In this document: in pieces, positions 59,132 to 59,162 of the stretch
How the letters are laid out: each line of letters begins with the position of its first letter
Numbering within the stretch: position 1 is the first letter of the stretch
Assembly: GCA_041573795.1 (NCBI GenBank)
Contig: JBFFQB010000003.1
Location: 1-59,162 of the forward strand
Length of the DNA stretch: 59,162 bases
Source: Anaerolineales bacterium
GTDB taxonomy: Bacteria; Chloroflexota; Anaerolineae; Anaerolineales; E44-bin32
Reading direction: 5' to 3'
Program-made: the position numbers and the translations under genes
The notes under the pieces: model-generated
Seen by the model: the letters and a program-made list of their open reading frames with translations, nothing else
What the model was told of the DNA's origin: nothing
Databases searched by the model: none

Positions 59132-59162
59132 GGATAAAGCGTATCATAAAATTGCTAAAAAG

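Noticed and set aside
1-59162. A search for CRISPR arrays, IS elements, integrases, prophage genes, toxin-antitoxin pairs or known defence systems
   Set aside because: Reading the intergenic regions showed no regularly spaced direct repeats. No ORF has transposase, integrase, recombinase, reverse-transcriptase, nuclease-helicase or typical TA motifs. This was a by-eye scan only; a dot-plot or repeat finder would be needed to exclude short dispersed repeats.

Overview
The window reads as housekeeping-rich bacterial chromosome. The gene content and fusion architectures suggest a Chloroflexota-like organism, but that is inference only. Almost every gap is explained by a recognisable gene.

Gene content, left to right:
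- A caa3-type cytochrome c oxidase operon (ctaC-ctaD-ctaE-subunit IV-ctaB, minus strand).
- DegV, PolX, a CAP-domain lipoprotein, a PHP metallohydrolase and uvrB.
- A more AT-rich stretch with an acyltransferase-3 gene next to tRNA-Arg(TCT).
- A translationally coupled pair of unrecognisable proteins.
- A cell-envelope and regulatory neighbourhood: LysM/M23 peptidase, DUF192, two orphan receivers, an M50-CBS protease and a VanY-like peptidase.
- A 1.25 kb non-coding gap.
- An ECF-type transporter operon ending in an acetamidase/formamidase, followed by tRNA-Lys(CTT).
- A GT39-like glycosyltransferase, redox and proline dehydrogenase genes, and a cupin-UbiA-MoeA-MoeA::PBP-Bcp cluster.
- A MacB-type ABC pump with an AttH/CrtC-like lipoprotein, a metallophosphoesterase and a MazG fusion.
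- The distal spc/alpha ribosomal cluster (rpsH through rplQ), then truA-rplM-rpsI.

I saw no CRISPR array, transposase, integrase, reverse transcriptase or recognisable defence gene, and no clear-cut novel system.

The observations most worth a second look are:
1. Both window termini carry in-frame chimeric-looking ORFs: CtaB runs into a DAACS symporter segment on the left, and rpsH has a receiver-like N-terminus on the right.
2. The coupled hypothetical pair at 13661-15684.
3. The long non-coding gap at 21077-22332, which holds an orphan Tat-lipoprotein signal ORF and strong hairpins.
4. The atypical ECF module linked to an amidase.
5. The absence of infA between map and rpmJ.

All family calls come from motif recognition by eye on the supplied translations. 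No searches were run.
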